NCBI GenBank assembly: GCA_020833255.1
Contig: JAJHQR010000001.1
Coordinates: 7,359 to 71,358 of the forward strand
Reading direction: 5' to 3'
Source: Desulfurococcaceae archaeon
Lineage (GTDB): Archaea > Thermoproteota > Thermoprotei_A > Sulfolobales > NBVN01
Length of the DNA stretch: 64,000 nucleotides
The notes below the pieces were generated by a model, which was not told the DNA's origin, did no database searches, and saw only the letters and a list, made by a program, of their open reading frames with translations. Position 1 is the stretch's first letter, and each line of letters begins with the position of its first letter. Of this stretch, positions 52,644-62,670 are shown piece by piece. Made by a program: the position numbers and the translations under genes.

Positions 52644-54076
52644 CCCCTCACAACCCTGACTACCCACTTAGTACCTGACGGGGTGTCTTGTAGTTCCACA
52701 CCCAACCTCCTCAACTCATCCCTTATCTTATCTGACAACTCCCACATCTTCCTCTTCCTTAGCTCAGACCTGACGTCAACTAATAACCTGATTAAGTCGT
52801 TCGTTAATCCTTCCGCAACACCCGGTCTTAACACGAAGCCTAGAACGCTGTTCATGTAGTTCAGCGCTTCAATAACTAGCCTATGCGTGTCCGCGCTAAT
52901 ATCGCTCCTCTTATTGGTGTAGTCGTTGATAGCTGATATCAGGTCTAGGTAGCTAGCTATAGCTTCAGCTGTGTTGAGGTCGTTGTTCATGGCTTCCTCG
53001 AACCCCTCCCTAGCTCTCACAGCCTTCTTCCTCAGTTCTACCTCCACATCACTAACAGCGCTAACCTCCCTGACCTCAAGCTGTTCCAGTCTTGAGTGAG
53101 CTACCTCGACCTTAGAGAATGTCTTGTGCGCGTTCTCAAGCGCGTCCCAAGTGAAGTCTATCGGGGATCTGTAGTGTGTCTGCAGTAAGTAGAGTCTGAG
53201 GGTGTTAGCGCCGTACCTACTCACCGCCTCCCTTATCGTGACGTAATTACCTAGAGACTTACTCATCTTCTCACCGCCTACCGTGAGAAGACCTACGTGA
53301 ACCCAGAAATTAACGAAGGGCTTCACGCCCGTGAAAGACTCGGCTTGAGCGATCTCAGCCTCATGGTGAGGGAATATCAACTCCACCGCGCCGCCATGTA
53401 TGTCGTATTGAGGGCCGAAATGCCTTATAGTTATCGCGGTATCCTCGATATGCCATCCCGGCCTGCCGTAACCCCAGGGCGAGTCCCAGCCGAACTCGTG
53501 CTTGGGCCTAACCCTCCATAAAGCGAAGTCCCCTGGATTCCTCTTAGTCGGGTCTGGCTCAATCCTGTGAACGACCAATTCCCTAGGATCCCTACCGGAT
53601 AGCTTCCCGTAATCGTTGAAAGTGGTTATGTCGAAGTAGACCCCTGTTGGCGTGACGTACGCGTGCCCCCTCTCCAAGAGCTTCCCTACCTGCTCGAATA
53701 TCTCCCTCAAGTAGTCGGAAGCCCTGGCGTAGAGATTCGGCGATACCACGTTGAGAGACGCCATATCCTCGAGGAAATACCTCTCATACTTCCTGGCGAG
53801 ATCCAGCGGGTGAACCCCTTCCTCAGCAGCCCTACCGACGATCTTGTCGTCAACGTCCGTTATGTTGACTATGTAGAATAGCGAGTACCCCAACCTCCTC
53901 AACCAACGCGCGACGACGTCGAAGAACACGAAGACCCTCGCGTGACCTATGTGGGAGTAGTCGTAGACTGTCGGCCCGCACACAAACATGAATACCCTGT
54001 TACCGTTAAGAGGCTTGAATACCTCTAAAGACCTGGTCCTGGTGTTGTAGATCTTAAGTCCCGCAAACGTGGCCAC
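52640..54076 (-). CDS. cysS: cysteinyl-tRNA synthetase
   Basis: HIGHAR and KMSKS class-I signatures, 478 aa. Confidence 0.93.
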   Translation of the reverse strand: MATFAGLKIYNTRTRSLEVFKPLNGNRVFMFVCGPTVYDYSHIGHARVFVFFDVVARWLRRLGYSLFYIVNITDVDDKIVGRAAEEGVHPLDLARKYERYFLEDMASLNVVSPNLYARASDYLREIFEQVGKLLERGHAYVTPTGVYFDITTFNDYGKLSGRDPRELVVHRIEPDPTKRNPGDFALWRVRPKHEFGWDSPWGYGRPGWHIEDTAITIRHFGPQYDIHGGAVELIFPHHEAEIAQAESFTGVKPFVNFWVHVGLLTVGGEKMSKSLGNYVTIREAVSRYGANTLRLYLLQTHYRSPIDFTWDALENAHKTFSKVEVAHSRLEQLEVREVSAVSDVEVELRKKAVRAREGFEEAMNNDLNTAEAIASYLDLISAINDYTNKRSDISADTHRLVIEALNYMNSVLGFVLRPGVAEGLTNDLIRLLVDVRSELRKRKMWELSDKIRDELRRLGVELQDTPSGTKWVVRVVRG

Positions 54077-54145
54077 CCACTAACACGCACCTCGCACATA
54101 TATCTAATCATAAAAACGATATTTAAGCTTCTTAAGGTGTTGTCG

Positions 54146-55672
54146 CTACATGTAGTGCCAGATACCGGCCCCCCTATAATTGTAGATTATTGTTTTGAGT
54201 GCGGTGACTTGCTCTATGCTGTAACCTATCCCCTCCCTCCCAATACCGGATTCCTTCCTGCCGCCGAACGGGTAGTAGCCTATGCCGTGTCTGGGAAACT
54301 CGTTAACGTATATGACCCCTACCTCCAAGTACCTCACGAGTTTCCTGATCTTGACTATGTCGTGGCCGAATATGGCTGCGTCCAGCCCGTACCTCCTCCC
54401 GTTAGCTATTCTTATAGCTTCGTCAACGTTCCTGAAACTAGTTATTAGCGCTACGGGCCCGAAAACCTCGTCTTTATAGAGCTTGGCTTTCTCGAGAGCT
54501 TTCTTATCGGTGAACTCCACCAGCGTTGGTTCTACGTAAGTAGGCCCTAGCCTCCTACCCCCGTATAAGATCCTCCCACCCAATCTCAGAGCGTCGTTCA
54601 CGGCCTCGATGACATCATCCACGGATTTCTCGTCTATTAAAGGACCCATACCAACCCCCTCACTTCTCGGATCGCCGACCCTCACCTTACTCAACTCCGT
54701 CACGAGCAGTTTCTTTAAATCTTCGTAGACGGGTTCCTCAGCGATAACTATCTTTACCGCGTCACACCTCTGGCCAGCATAACTAGTTATCCCCGTAGCT
54801 ATTTTCTGTGAAGCCGTCTCTAAATCAGCGTCGCTCAAAACTATCACCGGGTCCCCTCCACCCAACTCCATTATGAATTGCTTCACCCCAGCGTTCCTGA
54901 GCACCTCCTTACCCGTCTCGGTACTGCCGGTAAAGCTCACGACATCTATTCTGGGATCCGAAACCAACCTACTCATTTCCCTACCGGACAACGTTAACAC
55001 ACCGATAGATTCTGGGGGTACCCCGGCGTCAAGCGCTGTCTTAACGAACATCAGGACTGGTAGGGGGTCTGCTGACGGGGGCTTTACTAAGACAGCGTTC
55101 CCGGCAACGAATGAGTAGGTGAACTTATTGACTGTGTCGAAGAGCGGGTAGTTGTAAGGTATTATTGAGAGAACCACGCCGTAAGGCTCCCTACGAACTA
55201 TAGCCTCGCTCTCAAGTGTCTGCGAGCTCCAGTCTCCGGGCACGTAATCACCGTAAATACCCTTCAAGTCTAGAGGGGCTTTCCTCAACCTCTCAACAGA
55301 AGCCATGACCTCGCCTCTCGCCTGACTCCTCAGCTTCCCAGCATTCACCACGAGAACTTCCGTGAAGTCATCGATCCTAGACTCAAGTAAGTCAGCCGTC
55401 TTAAATATTATCTCAAGCCTCTCATCCCCCGGCAATTCCCTAACCCTCCACCTACCTACCTCACGCACCATACTCAGAGAGTCTTCTACTAAGGACCAAT
55501 CAGGTTTGCTAACCCTAGCTATTAAAGACCCGTCGATAGGTGTTTTAACGTCGAAAGTCTCGCCACTCAAGAACCACCTACCAGATAGGAAGGTCTTGAA
55601 GACCGGGACTTCGTTGATCGTGTATATCTCCCCGAACACCGAGGAAATACTGAGTCTAACACCGCCCAACAA
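54146..55672 (-). CDS. gapN: aldehyde dehydrogenase, non-phosphorylating GAPDH (GAPN)-like
   Basis: ELGGGDP, catalytic Cys in YAGQRCDAVK, C-terminal PRHGIGYYPFGGRKESG. TTG start. Confidence 0.7.
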   Translation of the reverse strand: MLGGVRLSISSVFGEIYTINEVPVFKTFLSGRWFLSGETFDVKTPIDGSLIARVSKPDWSLVEDSLSMVREVGRWRVRELPGDERLEIIFKTADLLESRIDDFTEVLVVNAGKLRSQARGEVMASVERLRKAPLDLKGIYGDYVPGDWSSQTLESEAIVRREPYGVVLSIIPYNYPLFDTVNKFTYSFVAGNAVLVKPPSADPLPVLMFVKTALDAGVPPESIGVLTLSGREMSRLVSDPRIDVVSFTGSTETGKEVLRNAGVKQFIMELGGGDPVIVLSDADLETASQKIATGITSYAGQRCDAVKIVIAEEPVYEDLKKLLVTELSKVRVGDPRSEGVGMGPLIDEKSVDDVIEAVNDALRLGGRILYGGRRLGPTYVEPTLVEFTDKKALEKAKLYKDEVFGPVALITSFRNVDEAIRIANGRRYGLDAAIFGHDIVKIRKLVRYLEVGVIYVNEFPRHGIGYYPFGGRKESGIGREGIGYSIEQVTALKTIIYNYRGAGIWHYM

Positions 55673-55784
55673 GTCATCCCCTCAATACTAGAACTTATCA
55701 CAGAGTTATTAAGTGTGTTAAGCCGCCGCAGAAGCATCGATTAATTAACTCTAACAACGTTATCTCTGGTGGAGGTGCTCGCGT

Positions 55785-57107
55785 TTGTCCGAGGAGTTTG
55801 AGTGGTATAAAGCCTTCGTTAAGAGTGATTACTCCCCAGACCCGGATAAAGACTTGATAGTGTCTTTCAAAGTCACTCCCTCAGAAGGCTTCAGCATCGA
55901 GGACGTTGCCGGCGCCATAGCTTCGGAGAGTAGTGTGGGTACCTGGACCACCCTCGCGACACTACCTGATAGGATTTGGAGGTTGATGGGTAGGGCTTAC
56001 GAGATAAGGGATTTAGGTGATAGTTCTTGGTTAGTTAGGGTTGCTTACCCCGTGGACTTATTCGAGGAAGGTAATATGCCTGCTTTCCTAGCGTCAGTCG
56101 CCGGCAACATATTCGGTATGAGGAGGGTTAAGGGTCTTAGGATCGAGGATATCGCGATGCCTAGGGAGTTCCTGAAGTACTTTAAAGGGCCTGTGAGGGG
56201 GCTTGCCGGCGTGAGGGAGTTGTACGGGGTGTATGATAGGCCGATAGTCGGGACCGTCCCGAAACCTAAGGTAGGCTTCACGCCTGAGGAACTGGAGGCA
56301 GTGGCTTACGAGATTTTGGTTGGGGGGATGGATTACGTGAAGGATGATGAGAACCTCGCTTCACCATCGTTCTGCAGGTTTGAGGGGAGGGCTAAGGCCG
56401 TCATGAAAGCTATAGACAGGGCTGAGAAGGAGAGCGGGGAGAGGAAGGCTTGGCTAGCTAACATAACGGCCGACGTGAGGGAGATGGAGAAGAGGCTTAA
56501 GCTAGTAGCTGATTACGGGAACCCGTTCGTCATGGTTGACGTGGTGATCGCGGGCTGGTCTTCCCTGACGTACATCAGAGACCTGGCTGAGGAGTACGGC
56601 TTAGCGATACACGCTCACAGAGCTTTCCACGCAGCCTTCACCAGGAACCCCGCACACGGCCTCTCAATGTTTGCTTTAGCTAAGCTCCTGCGCGTTGTGG
56701 GCGTGGATCAACTACACGTAGGCACCCCGGAGGTGGGTAAGCTGGAGGCTAAGGCTAGGGACGTCATAAACATAAGTAGGGTGTTGAGAGAGTCTGTCTA
56801 CGTTCCTGAAGGAGACCCGATGAGGTTGAGGCAGGAATGGCACCATATCAAGCCAGTGTTCCCCACGTCCTCCGGGGGACTGCATCCAGGCACTCTACCT
56901 GAAGTCATCAAGTCTTTAGGCGTTGACGTAGTGATTCAGGTTGGTGGAGGGGTGTTGGGACACCCCGGAGGTCCTAGGGAGGGCGCTGCGGCGGTGAGGC
57001 AAGCTATTGAGGCTTTCCTGAAGGGGGTTCCGCTCGACGTATACGCTGAGACACATAAAGAACTTAAGAAAGCCCTGGAGAAGTGGGGATATGTGAGACC
57101 CGCTTAA
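55785..57107 (+). CDS. rbcL: ribulose-1,5-bisphosphate carboxylase/oxygenase, form III large subunit
   Basis: ESSVGTWTTL, GGMDYVKDDENL (carbamylated Lys), HRAFHAA, SSGGLHPG. TTG start. No small subunit. Confidence 0.92.
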   Translation: MSEEFEWYKAFVKSDYSPDPDKDLIVSFKVTPSEGFSIEDVAGAIASESSVGTWTTLATLPDRIWRLMGRAYEIRDLGDSSWLVRVAYPVDLFEEGNMPAFLASVAGNIFGMRRVKGLRIEDIAMPREFLKYFKGPVRGLAGVRELYGVYDRPIVGTVPKPKVGFTPEELEAVAYEILVGGMDYVKDDENLASPSFCRFEGRAKAVMKAIDRAEKESGERKAWLANITADVREMEKRLKLVADYGNPFVMVDVVIAGWSSLTYIRDLAEEYGLAIHAHRAFHAAFTRNPAHGLSMFALAKLLRVVGVDQLHVGTPEVGKLEAKARDVINISRVLRESVYVPEGDPMRLRQEWHHIKPVFPTSSGGLHPGTLPEVIKSLGVDVVIQVGGGVLGHPGGPREGAAAVRQAIEAFLKGVPLDVYAETHKELKKALEKWGYVRPA

Positions 57108-57159
57108 AACACTTAACGGGGTTCACGAAAGCGTTGATCTAGGCGTGCTTAAGAAACGG

Positions 57160-57861
57160 TCAGGTAACCCACTCGTCCAATACATGCGTTAAGTGTTTTA
57201 TGCTCGGTATGATAGCGAATTCCTCGGTCTTGATTACGCTACCTAAGTTTTTGATTAGAACTGCTTTAAGACCTGCTGCTAGAGCGCCAGCGAAGTCCTC
57301 GCGCACGCTATCCCCTACGTGCACCGCTTCATCAGGCTTTAAGTTGAAGTGCCTTAACACTGACGCGAAAGCCTCGAACTCAGGTTTCTGAATACCTGAA
57401 ACGTCTGAGAAGAAGAGCTTGTCTACGTAGTTGCTTAAGCCTGAACTCCTCAAGATACCTAACGTTATCGAGGAATCCCAGAATAAGACGTTACCGAGTA
57501 TCGCGGTCTTGAGCCCTCTGCTCTTAACGTAGGGTAGGACCTCCCTAACACCTTCAACAACTAGATACCCTAGCCTACCCTCCTCAGCCTCCCTCCTCAA
57601 CTCCTCGTGAACCAGCATGAATTTATCCATGCCTAGACCTAGCTTCTCGCAAAGCCTTCTCCTAGACTCTTCCAAGACCTTGCTAGCCGGGACCTTATTT
57701 ATCCTCAAGCTCCTGACGTCGGCTTGAACCCCCCTCAAAACGCTTAAGACGCTGCCTGAGTCTAGGCTTAGTTGTTTAGAGAGCTTGAGCGCGAGCAGCT
57801 CGTGCATCTTCTCTAAAGACAGCAACGTATCCCACACGTCGAAAATAACTAACCTTATCAT
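57160..57861 (-). CDS. HAD-superfamily hydrolase
   Basis: Motif I FDVWDTL, motif IV GDSVREDF. Confidence 0.75.
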   Translation of the reverse strand: MIRLVIFDVWDTLLSLEKMHELLALKLSKQLSLDSGSVLSVLRGVQADVRSLRINKVPASKVLEESRRRLCEKLGLGMDKFMLVHEELRREAEEGRLGYLVVEGVREVLPYVKSRGLKTAILGNVLFWDSSITLGILRSSGLSNYVDKLFFSDVSGIQKPEFEAFASVLRHFNLKPDEAVHVGDSVREDFAGALAAGLKAVLIKNLGSVIKTEEFAIIPSIKHLTHVLDEWVT

Positions 57862-57933
57862 GTTTGAGCACCCTCCTTAATGAATCAAGTAAGGCATTAT
57901 AGGTTTTGATCTCTAGGGCTTCAAGGCTTGACC

Positions 57934-58746
57934 TCACAACTTCCTCAGAACCTCTATTAAATCAGGTGTTAGACCCCACTCCAACGTCTGAGCTATTTCC
58001 TCGAGGTGTTTCACGTTCTCTGTTTTAACGACCGCTGCTAGGTAGGGTTCGCGTATCACGTAATTCAGCGCTATCTGAACTACGGGTTTGTTTATTCTCG
58101 TAGATATCTCAACTAGCTTAGGGTGTCTCAGTACCTCACCCCTCTCCAGTGGTGTGTAGGCTTGAATAGTTACGTGGTGTTTCAGCGCTGTAGGGAGTAG
58201 GGCTTCCTCGATCTCTTTCCTTAACACGCTGTAGTGTACTTGATTAAGGACTATGTCAGCTTTCTTAGTCGAGTTTATCGCTTCCACCAACTCCGACTCG
58301 TCGAAGTTGCTCACGCCTATGTACCTGGTAAGCCCTTCATCAATTAAAGACTCGAAATTCTTTACTTGTTCTTGAATACTTAACGTCGGGTTAGGCCAGT
58401 GAATCAAGTATAGGTCGACCTCGTCAACCCCCAGCCTCCTGAGCGCTGCCCTACCGTGCTTAAGTACGTCGTACCTGCTCTTCAGCCTATCCGGGAGCAT
58501 CTTAGTTATTAAGAAGACTGAGTCTCTACCAACATGCTTAACCACCCTACCCACCAACTCCTCAGCCCTCCCGGAGCCGTACATCTCCGCAGTGTCTATC
58601 GTGTTAAGACCTAACTCAACGCCCTTAACTAACGTCGTGAAAGCGTCGTTCTCGTTCCTTATACCCCACGTGCCTAGAGCGATCGCCGATATCGTTTCCC
58701 CCGTGTTCCCTAGAGACCTCCTCTTACTGAGGACCGCCTCAACCAA
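57934..58746 (-). CDS. aldo/keto reductase
   Basis: ALGTWG, IDTAEMYG, LIHWP, GVSNF. Confidence 0.85.
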   Translation of the reverse strand: MVEAVLSKRRSLGNTGETISAIALGTWGIRNENDAFTTLVKGVELGLNTIDTAEMYGSGRAEELVGRVVKHVGRDSVFLITKMLPDRLKSRYDVLKHGRAALRRLGVDEVDLYLIHWPNPTLSIQEQVKNFESLIDEGLTRYIGVSNFDESELVEAINSTKKADIVLNQVHYSVLRKEIEEALLPTALKHHVTIQAYTPLERGEVLRHPKLVEISTRINKPVVQIALNYVIREPYLAAVVKTENVKHLEEIAQTLEWGLTPDLIEVLRKL

Positions 58747-58801
58747 ACGCGAACACCAAGATTAATATTATGTCTTGGAAGATATTTTTGTGGGTAGCTG
58801 A

Positions 58802-59452
58802 TTGAGTGAGGGTGTTGAGATCTCGGTCGCTGAGTGGAGGGCTAGCCTAGAGAAGTTAGGTGAGGTCTTACTAAGTATTTCGAGAGAGATAGGGTTGGAG
58901 GGGGTGGTTAATTCCTTGAGCAAGAGGGTTAAGAACGCTTCAGAACTCCTAGACGCTGACAGGATTAAGGCTTTGATAATTAAGAACGAGCACGCGCTAG
59001 CCTTCATAGCCGCGAGCCCGGAAGAATCTAAGAAGATCGTTTCCGTGAGGACAGGGGCAGGCTTAGTCAGGATACCTATATACCCTAGGGAATTCTACGT
59101 AACTCAAGCAGGTCCTTACGGCATTAAGTGTACGTGTGAGGACGCCTTAATGACCTCAGCTAAAGCCGATAAAGCTTTGATGAGTATAGCCAAGGTCTTA
59201 GAAGCAGACCTCAGTGAGGTGAGGCCCCTACCTATATCGAGTAAGTACATCATATGCAAGCACACGCTAGCCCTAACATCACTCCTGAATAGGCTGGGCA
59301 TCGTGAGACTTGATGACAGCAGGTTCGCGAAAGTGCTGAGGCTAGGTGTCGTGGTCTTAGCTTTGAGGGAGGGTTTAATCAACCAGAACACGCTTAAGGA
59401 ATCGGAAAACCTGACCACACTCCTCAGCGAGTTAATTGAGGTCGGAGATTAG
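58802..59452 (+). CDS. hypothetical protein with SWIM-type zinc-finger signature
   Basis: CxC...CxH pattern (KCTCEDA...ICKHTLA). TTG start. Confidence 0.45.
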   Translation: MSEGVEISVAEWRASLEKLGEVLLSISREIGLEGVVNSLSKRVKNASELLDADRIKALIIKNEHALAFIAASPEESKKIVSVRTGAGLVRIPIYPREFYVTQAGPYGIKCTCEDALMTSAKADKALMSIAKVLEADLSEVRPLPISSKYIICKHTLALTSLLNRLGIVRLDDSRFAKVLRLGVVVLALREGLINQNTLKESENLTTLLSELIEVGD

Positions 59453-59574
59453 CTCGCCGGAAGATTCTTCCAGGAGACTCGCAACAGTCTCCATCATCCC
59501 GATTGGAAGCCTCGCTCTTTAGGGTGGGAGGTGGTCAAAAGTTTTAAGATGGTTCTTCGTTTAAGGCATTGGTG

Positions 59575-59725
59575 TTGGGTGAGTCTAGCGAGCGATGAGC
59601 CCGCACCTCCCCGGAGCTGGCGGCGGGGCCTGAGCAAGTGATGCAGCACCCGTGAGGGGCTCTGAAAGATGAGGGAAAGCCCCAGAGGGTGCAGAACCCC
59701 CGCCATGAATAGCGGGGAGCGTCAG
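59575..59725. ncRNA. GC-rich structured island, unclassified RNA candidate
   Basis: About 66% GC in a 278-bp convergent gap. Nested helices GCACCC/GGGUGC (59646-59651/59687-59692) and GGGGCU/AGCCCC (59656-59661/59678-59683). Hairpin CCCCGC/GCGGGG (59698-59717). C/D-like pair GCGAUGA (59592-59598) and CUGA (59630-59633). Confidence 0.3.
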
Positions 59726-59730
59726 CGTAA

Positions 59731-60333
59731 TCATTGCTGAGTCTTAGAACATCTCTTCTCTAGCACGTCGCTGAAGAGGAACCATAGCGTGAAGATCCCT
59801 AGAGATAGCCCGACGCCTATGGCTATCCCCCAACCGAGTGAGGACCTTATCTCAGGGCTTAAACCAGTTAAGTCGACTATCATTGAGAGTCCGAAGAAGA
59901 ACATGAGTATGAATAGCAAGCTCTCAACCTTCTTCTCGAAGACTACCGCCTTGCTAAGTATGTCTAGAGCTAGCATCAAGATCAGCAACATTATGACGAC
60001 GCTCGTCACGCGCGTGACGTACGTTATCAGCTCCGTGTATGTTCCGGAGGTCGCTAGAGCGAACACCCTGATAATCATCGTTATAGCTAGTAACGCGATC
60101 CCTATATCGGCTATCATGATCGTTATCGTTGCTACGGAGAATCTTAGACCGCCCGGCACCAGCTCCTTAACGAGGTCTTCGAGGTTGCTCACCCTCACGA
60201 CCCACCTAATAGCCTTATTTATTAGCTTAGCTAGGAGGATTGAGAGCAGGATTATGCCTACAGCTACCACCACGTAGGGGATTAACCTAACGGTGCTCCT
60301 CAAGACCTCGTATAAGATGTCCGTTAACTCCAC
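59731..60333 (-). CDS. polytopic membrane protein, function unknown
   Basis: 200 aa, 5-6 hydrophobic helices. Confidence 0.5.
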   Translation of the reverse strand: MELTDILYEVLRSTVRLIPYVVVAVGIILLSILLAKLINKAIRWVVRVSNLEDLVKELVPGGLRFSVATITIMIADIGIALLAITMIIRVFALATSGTYTELITYVTRVTSVVIMLLILMLALDILSKAVVFEKKVESLLFILMFFFGLSMIVDLTGLSPEIRSSLGWGIAIGVGLSLGIFTLWFLFSDVLEKRCSKTQQ

Positions 60334-60343
60334 CGCGAACCAC

Positions 60344-61669
60344 CTACACCCATGAGAGCCTCATGATTAATTCATACAACAACAATATTAAGAATGAGAG
60401 GAACGCCAGAGCTACTAACTGTATGAATAGTCTTAAGACCCTCTTAGAGGTCTCTACGGTGAACGTGTAGCCTATAGTGCTTATCGAGTAGACTAGCTTG
60501 CCGTAACCGTAGGCAGTCCTCGGGGGTACTACCGAGGTCTCGGGAATCGCTAGGACACAAACGAATAAAGCGAGTAACTTGAGGAGTGTTGCGATACTGA
60601 ATACCAGTAGTGGGGCGTCAGGCAGGTATCTCCCGAGAACGGACGCTATGAGTAAGCCGACGGCGCTGGATGAGGTCAGGAACGTGGATGCCTTAATCAC
60701 CCCTAGAGACTCAACGTACTTAGAGTATATCGCCGAAGCTATTAAGTTAGCTCCTATGAAGGTTGCTGAGAGGATCGCTGAGACCAAGACGTGCGTTAGC
60801 GGGTTGCCGAGGAACGGTATTGAGGATGTGAAGGCTACGTTGAGAGCTACTGCGAGGACGTACGCCTTATACCCTCTCCACAGGTAAGGACCTACCACAC
60901 CGCCCAGATTACCGGCTATGTTGAGGGCTATGGTGATGTAGAGCGGTGAGTTCATAGACTTAAGTAGTTGAGGCCATGCAAGACCTATCAGGTTACCCCC
61001 GCTCATCATGAGGATCAGCATTAAGAAGGTGTTCGCTTTCCTCACCTCAACCTCCTCTATCTTTCTAGACTCCCTCAACTCCCTGAAGTCTTTGGGCATG
61101 TCGTAGTATATGAGGGCGGCGGTCGAGAACAGCCCCACCACCGAGGACGTTACGTATGCTACGTAATACGATGTTGGGGCGTCGATGAACGCCGTTATCA
61201 GCATCGAGTATATAGATCCTAGGAGTGAGGACGCCGCACCTAAGGCAGACCTCAAAACACTTATCTCAACGAATTCTTCCTGGACGAAGACGTTGAGTAG
61301 AGCGACGTTTAGTAAGACCCCTACAGGTATTGTCACGGTCAGGGCTACCCCGTAAACAATTATGAGTATGTCCGGGAACCCGATCAGGAAGGGTAGCGTA
61401 GCGAATAAAAGCCTCTCAAGCCCGTGAACCAGCAGTAGCTTCGTCTTTATGTTCCTGGCTAGGGCTTCCGGGTAGTTATAGATTAGGTACGATAAGATGA
61501 CGTTCATTAAAGCCGCGAAGAAAGTCACTTGAGATAACGCGTTGAGTGTGTAGCCTGAGTAGGTGAGCATGGGGACGAAGAGTCCTCTAGTCACCGCTAC
61601 GTAGAAACCGCCGAAAAAAGCTTCCAAACCCATCAAGATCTTCGCGATGTTCTTCCTCACCGCTCGCAC
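60344..61669 (-). CDS. MFS-like 12-TM transporter
   Basis: 441 aa, about 12 TM helices with a central charged loop (DFRELRESRKIEEVEVRK). Confidence 0.55.
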   Translation of the reverse strand: MRAVRKNIAKILMGLEAFFGGFYVAVTRGLFVPMLTYSGYTLNALSQVTFFAALMNVILSYLIYNYPEALARNIKTKLLLVHGLERLLFATLPFLIGFPDILIIVYGVALTVTIPVGVLLNVALLNVFVQEEFVEISVLRSALGAASSLLGSIYSMLITAFIDAPTSYYVAYVTSSVVGLFSTAALIYYDMPKDFRELRESRKIEEVEVRKANTFLMLILMMSGGNLIGLAWPQLLKSMNSPLYITIALNIAGNLGGVVGPYLWRGYKAYVLAVALNVAFTSSIPFLGNPLTHVLVSAILSATFIGANLIASAIYSKYVESLGVIKASTFLTSSSAVGLLIASVLGRYLPDAPLLVFSIATLLKLLALFVCVLAIPETSVVPPRTAYGYGKLVYSISTIGYTFTVETSKRVLRLFIQLVALAFLSFLILLLYELIMRLSWV

Positions 61670-61695
61670 CAGTCACATAAGATTTAGCGGCGGCT

Positions 61696-62619
61696 CTATA
61701 TAGGTTTGGAATCCTTCATGGATCCGTAAACGGTTACCGCGATACCTACCAGAGCTAACGCCATCCCTTCCAGGGTCTCCGCCTGCACTCGCTGACCTAG
61801 TATGAGGGTTGCTAGGAGGGTGGCTCCGGGAGGCTCCCCTAAAGCTATTGATGTGACTACGTAAGACTTCATCCTCTTTAGTAGGTAGTTCATCAAAGTG
61901 TGACCGCCTAACATAGGTATCATAGCTAGTAGGAAGACGTAGGTCCATGAAGTGGTTGTGGCCGGGAGTATGCTTGACTTAGTTATTAGGGCGTAGGCGA
62001 GGAGCGTTATCGAGGCTGACGTGTACGCGGCTATGGTGTAGTTGGTTAGGGGCATGCCGGCCTTCCTGGAGACCCTGCCTAAGTAGAAGTAGCCGGCAGC
62101 GCACAGCGAGCCTACGAACGCTAGGGAAACCCCCTGAACGCCTGCCTCACTACCTAGCTGAGGCCTCGTCGCTATGACGACCCCTGCGAAAGCTGTGGCA
62201 AGCCCCAGGATCTCGGCACTCCTTATATTCTTGTGTGCGATGCCCTCGAGTAGAGCGTTTATTAAGGGGTACATGACCACTACGGTGGTGGAGAGCGCTA
62301 CAGGTATTAAGAAGAGGGACTCCATCCAGGTAAGGAAGTGTAGGCCTAGCAAGACGCCCGCTACGGCGGGCCATAAGTACGTTGACGGGTTGGTAGTGCC
62401 TGAACCGGAACGCTTGGCAACCCCCTCGAAGATCTTGTAGGATAGTATGAGAACAGAACTCACGAAAACCCTCCAGAAAGCGCATACTAACGCCGTAGTG
62501 CCTGAGAGAATCACGAGGACTGAAGCAGAGGATATACTCACCCAAGCAATAATCATTAACGCGACGTCAGCGAGGGATGCCCGCTTCCCCGCACTAGCCG
62601 GGCCGCCGACCCCTCCCAA
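61696..62619 (-). CDS. EamA/DMT-family transporter
   Basis: About 10 TM helices in two 5-TM halves. TTG 62619 or ATG 62556 start. Confidence 0.65.
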   Translation of the reverse strand: MGGVGGPASAGKRASLADVALMIIAWVSISSASVLVILSGTTALVCAFWRVFVSSVLILSYKIFEGVAKRSGSGTTNPSTYLWPAVAGVLLGLHFLTWMESLFLIPVALSTTVVVMYPLINALLEGIAHKNIRSAEILGLATAFAGVVIATRPQLGSEAGVQGVSLAFVGSLCAAGYFYLGRVSRKAGMPLTNYTIAAYTSASITLLAYALITKSSILPATTTSWTYVFLLAMIPMLGGHTLMNYLLKRMKSYVVTSIALGEPPGATLLATLILGQRVQAETLEGMALALVGIAVTVYGSMKDSKPI

Positions 62620-62670
62620 GCAACTCAGTACCTCGTCAAGCGGTGTCCGGGGGCGCGGTTAAAGGATTCG

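Noticed and set aside
59494-59706. 70-aa minus-strand ORF in the second GC island
   Set aside because: Arg/Leu/Pro/Gly-rich composition typical of GC-rich non-coding sequence. It lies between two convergent gene ends with no promoter.
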